From positions 55,179 through 75,178 of IMG/VR virus record IMGVR_UViG_3300007513_002396: a DNA stretch of 20,000 bases. One strand, given 5' to 3'. How positions within the stretch are numbered: the first letter of the stretch is position 1; each line of letters opens with the position of its first letter. The notes under the pieces were generated by a model. That model saw only the letters and a list, made by a program, of their open reading frames with translations, did not search any database and was not told the origin of the DNA. This DNA is from an uncultured virus (IMG/VR IMGVR_UViG_3300007513_002396) (lineage: Duplodnaviria > Heunggongvirae > Uroviricota > Caudoviricetes). Below, in pieces: positions 18,518-20,000 of this stretch. A program made the position numbers and the translations under genes.

Positions 18518-20000
18518 ATGGGATATGATGCAACAACTGAGAGGCTTATTGCATTAAAGAAGCTTGCAGGAAAAGCGCAGACTTCTAACCTCAAGGGTCT
18601 ATCAAATGAAGGGCTACCATCAGGCCTTACTGTGTCTTTTGAAACAGTATTCGGTGAAAGTATTACCACGGAGCCGTCCAATAGCTCACTTTATCAAATC
18701 ACAGGACAAGTAGAATATCTTAGATTTCCTGCAACATTCATAGCAGGTACTGCGACGACAGCTGGTCGTCATGGTTTTGAATTAAAATTACCAGCAGACT
18801 ATGAAGCGAATTCTTCAAATCCAAAAGCCGGAACGTATCCTTACATAGACGATCAGGTAATAAACATTACCTCGGGATCGCTACAAGTGATACCGCCGTC
18901 TTTTGCAACTGGCTATGAAGTAAAGCCATATTACGGAGGCACCACCGCGAAAGATTCCGGAACACAAATCCTTCTTTTAGATTCTAGAGATTGGTATCTA
19001 GATTATTTTAATGGTGTGTTTTTCCAACAGGACCCTCCCGGTACCGGTGATGATGAACAAAATCCAGACTACGTTGAGGGGTATCTTTACATTGGAGATT
19101 ATCTCAACGATACATCTGGGGGTGGAACTATTACCGATGTTGTTGCTGGTACTGGATTAACCGGTGGAGGTGGCACGCCTACGGTAACACTAAATATTGA
19201 TAATTCGGTCGTGGCTACGTTGACAGGTTCGCAATTTACTGGTGATGTGGATGTAACTGGGTCTTTCTTGGTGAGGACCGGAGACTTTAGAGTGGAGTCA
19301 GTTGGTGAGGATCAAGCTTTATTCTTAGACGCTTCTTCTAATCAATTTTATATTAATAAAGGGGCAACTTCATTTACGACTATCATTAAGAATACAAACA
19401 ATGAGGTTTTTAGAGCTGGCGCAGGCGGCGCAATATTCAACGAGTATGGTAATAAGCATATTGATTTTAGAATTGAGTCGTGGGACAAGCCCTATGCATT
19501 CTACATTGAGTCACAAAAAAATCAGATACTAATCCTTTCAGGTGGTGGAGGAACTTCACCGGATGAAATGACATATACTGACATGAATTTCTTTGTTTCG
19601 GGCTCTATTGGGTCTAGAAACAGCTCTACTAAGGGTACTTCTATTTTTGGTGGAGACGTACTTTCTTCTGGTTCCCTCACGGCCTTGAGTGGTTTATCGG
19701 GCTCCCTAACAAAGCTTTCAGATGGCACTTCATACCTGAGGGCCGGCTCAAATGTAACAATTACGTCGGGATCTGGCGGATTTATTACTATTGCTTCATC
19801 GGGAGGCGGCGGAGGTGGCCTAACTCGTGCTAAAGATAGCTATTTTCTTTCTTCCCCCGTACCAACACTTCAGGCAATACCAGTCGCATCATCAGATTTT
19901 TCCGATGCCAGTTATGATTCTAACTTGATAGATCTTCTTTTGAACGGTCAGCTTATGCACTCTGGCAGCGCGCCAGAGGTAACAGCATCAGAAAGAGATT
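18518..20000 (+). CDS. Second tail-fibre-like structural protein, 3'-truncated (>494 aa; absent from the supplied ORF track)
   Basis: Manual translation from ATG 18518 (MGYDATTERLIALKKLAGKAQTSN...) stays open to the window end; GGAG at 18507-18510. Contains GGTITDVVAGTGLTGGGG..VTL, IDNSVVATLTGSQFTGDV and LSGSLTKLSDGTSYLRAGSNVTITSGSGGFITI, all shared with the upstream fibre. Confidence 0.85.
   Translation, partial: MGYDATTERLIALKKLAGKAQTSNLKGLSNEGLPSGLTVSFETVFGESITTEPSNSSLYQITGQVEYLRFPATFIAGTATTAGRHGFELKLPADYEANSSNPKAGTYPYIDDQVINITSGSLQVIPPSFATGYEVKPYYGGTTAKDSGTQILLLDSRDWYLDYFNGVFFQQDPPGTGDDEQNPDYVEGYLYIGDYLNDTSGGGTITDVVAGTGLTGGGGTPTVTLNIDNSVVATLTGSQFTGDVDVTGSFLVRTGDFRVESVGEDQALFLDASSNQFYINKGATSFTTIIKNTNNEVFRAGAGGAIFNEYGNKHIDFRIESWDKPYAFYIESQKNQILILSGGGGTSPDEMTYTDMNFFVSGSIGSRNSSTKGTSIFGGDVLSSGSLTALSGLSGSLTKLSDGTSYLRAGSNVTITSGSGGFITIASSGGGGGGLTRAKDSYFLSSPVPTLQAIPVASSDFSDASYDSNLIDLLLNGQLMHSGSAPEVTASERD

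Noticed and set aside
326..19728. Numerous short ORFs (60-170 aa) on the minus strand or in alternative plus frames
   Set aside because: All lie wholly within long plus-strand CDSs and show no recognisable motifs; they are best explained as shadow ORFs, most abundant where GC is high.
3..20000. Genome-wide stop-codon reassignment (code 15 or 4) as in some large phages
   Set aside because: Genes are full length under the standard code with nearly complete coding density and no internal TAG or TGA; TAG at 7141 is followed by a start in a different frame.

Overview
The window is a single, densely packed plus-strand gene cluster: six co-directional CDSs (the first and last run off the window edges) and only one real intergenic gap (13473-13549). 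The proteins look like virion tail/baseplate components of a large tailed dsDNA phage. They are a partial structural protein, a 1201-aa baseplate-wedge-like protein (P2 gpI-like core plus two LamG/ConA-like domains), an 872-aa double-LamG protein, a 2108-aa protein of unknown function, a 1654-aa Gly/Ser/Thr-rich repeat fibre, and a second fibre (18518->20000, missing from the ORF track) that shares repeat modules with the first. Shine-Dalgarno-like motifs and TAATG overlaps indicate a prokaryotic host. No tRNA, rRNA, CRISPR array, mobile element or enzyme gene was seen. The most unusual signals are a cluster-wide excess of the [S/T]-G-S tripeptide in non-homologous proteins (possible modification sequon), a modular fibre repeat system shared by two in-frame genes separated only by TAG-ATA, lectin-domain decoration of the baseplate, and an excess rather than avoidance of some 6-bp palindromes. 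All functional calls come from motif recognition by eye and all counts are manual; no searches were run.
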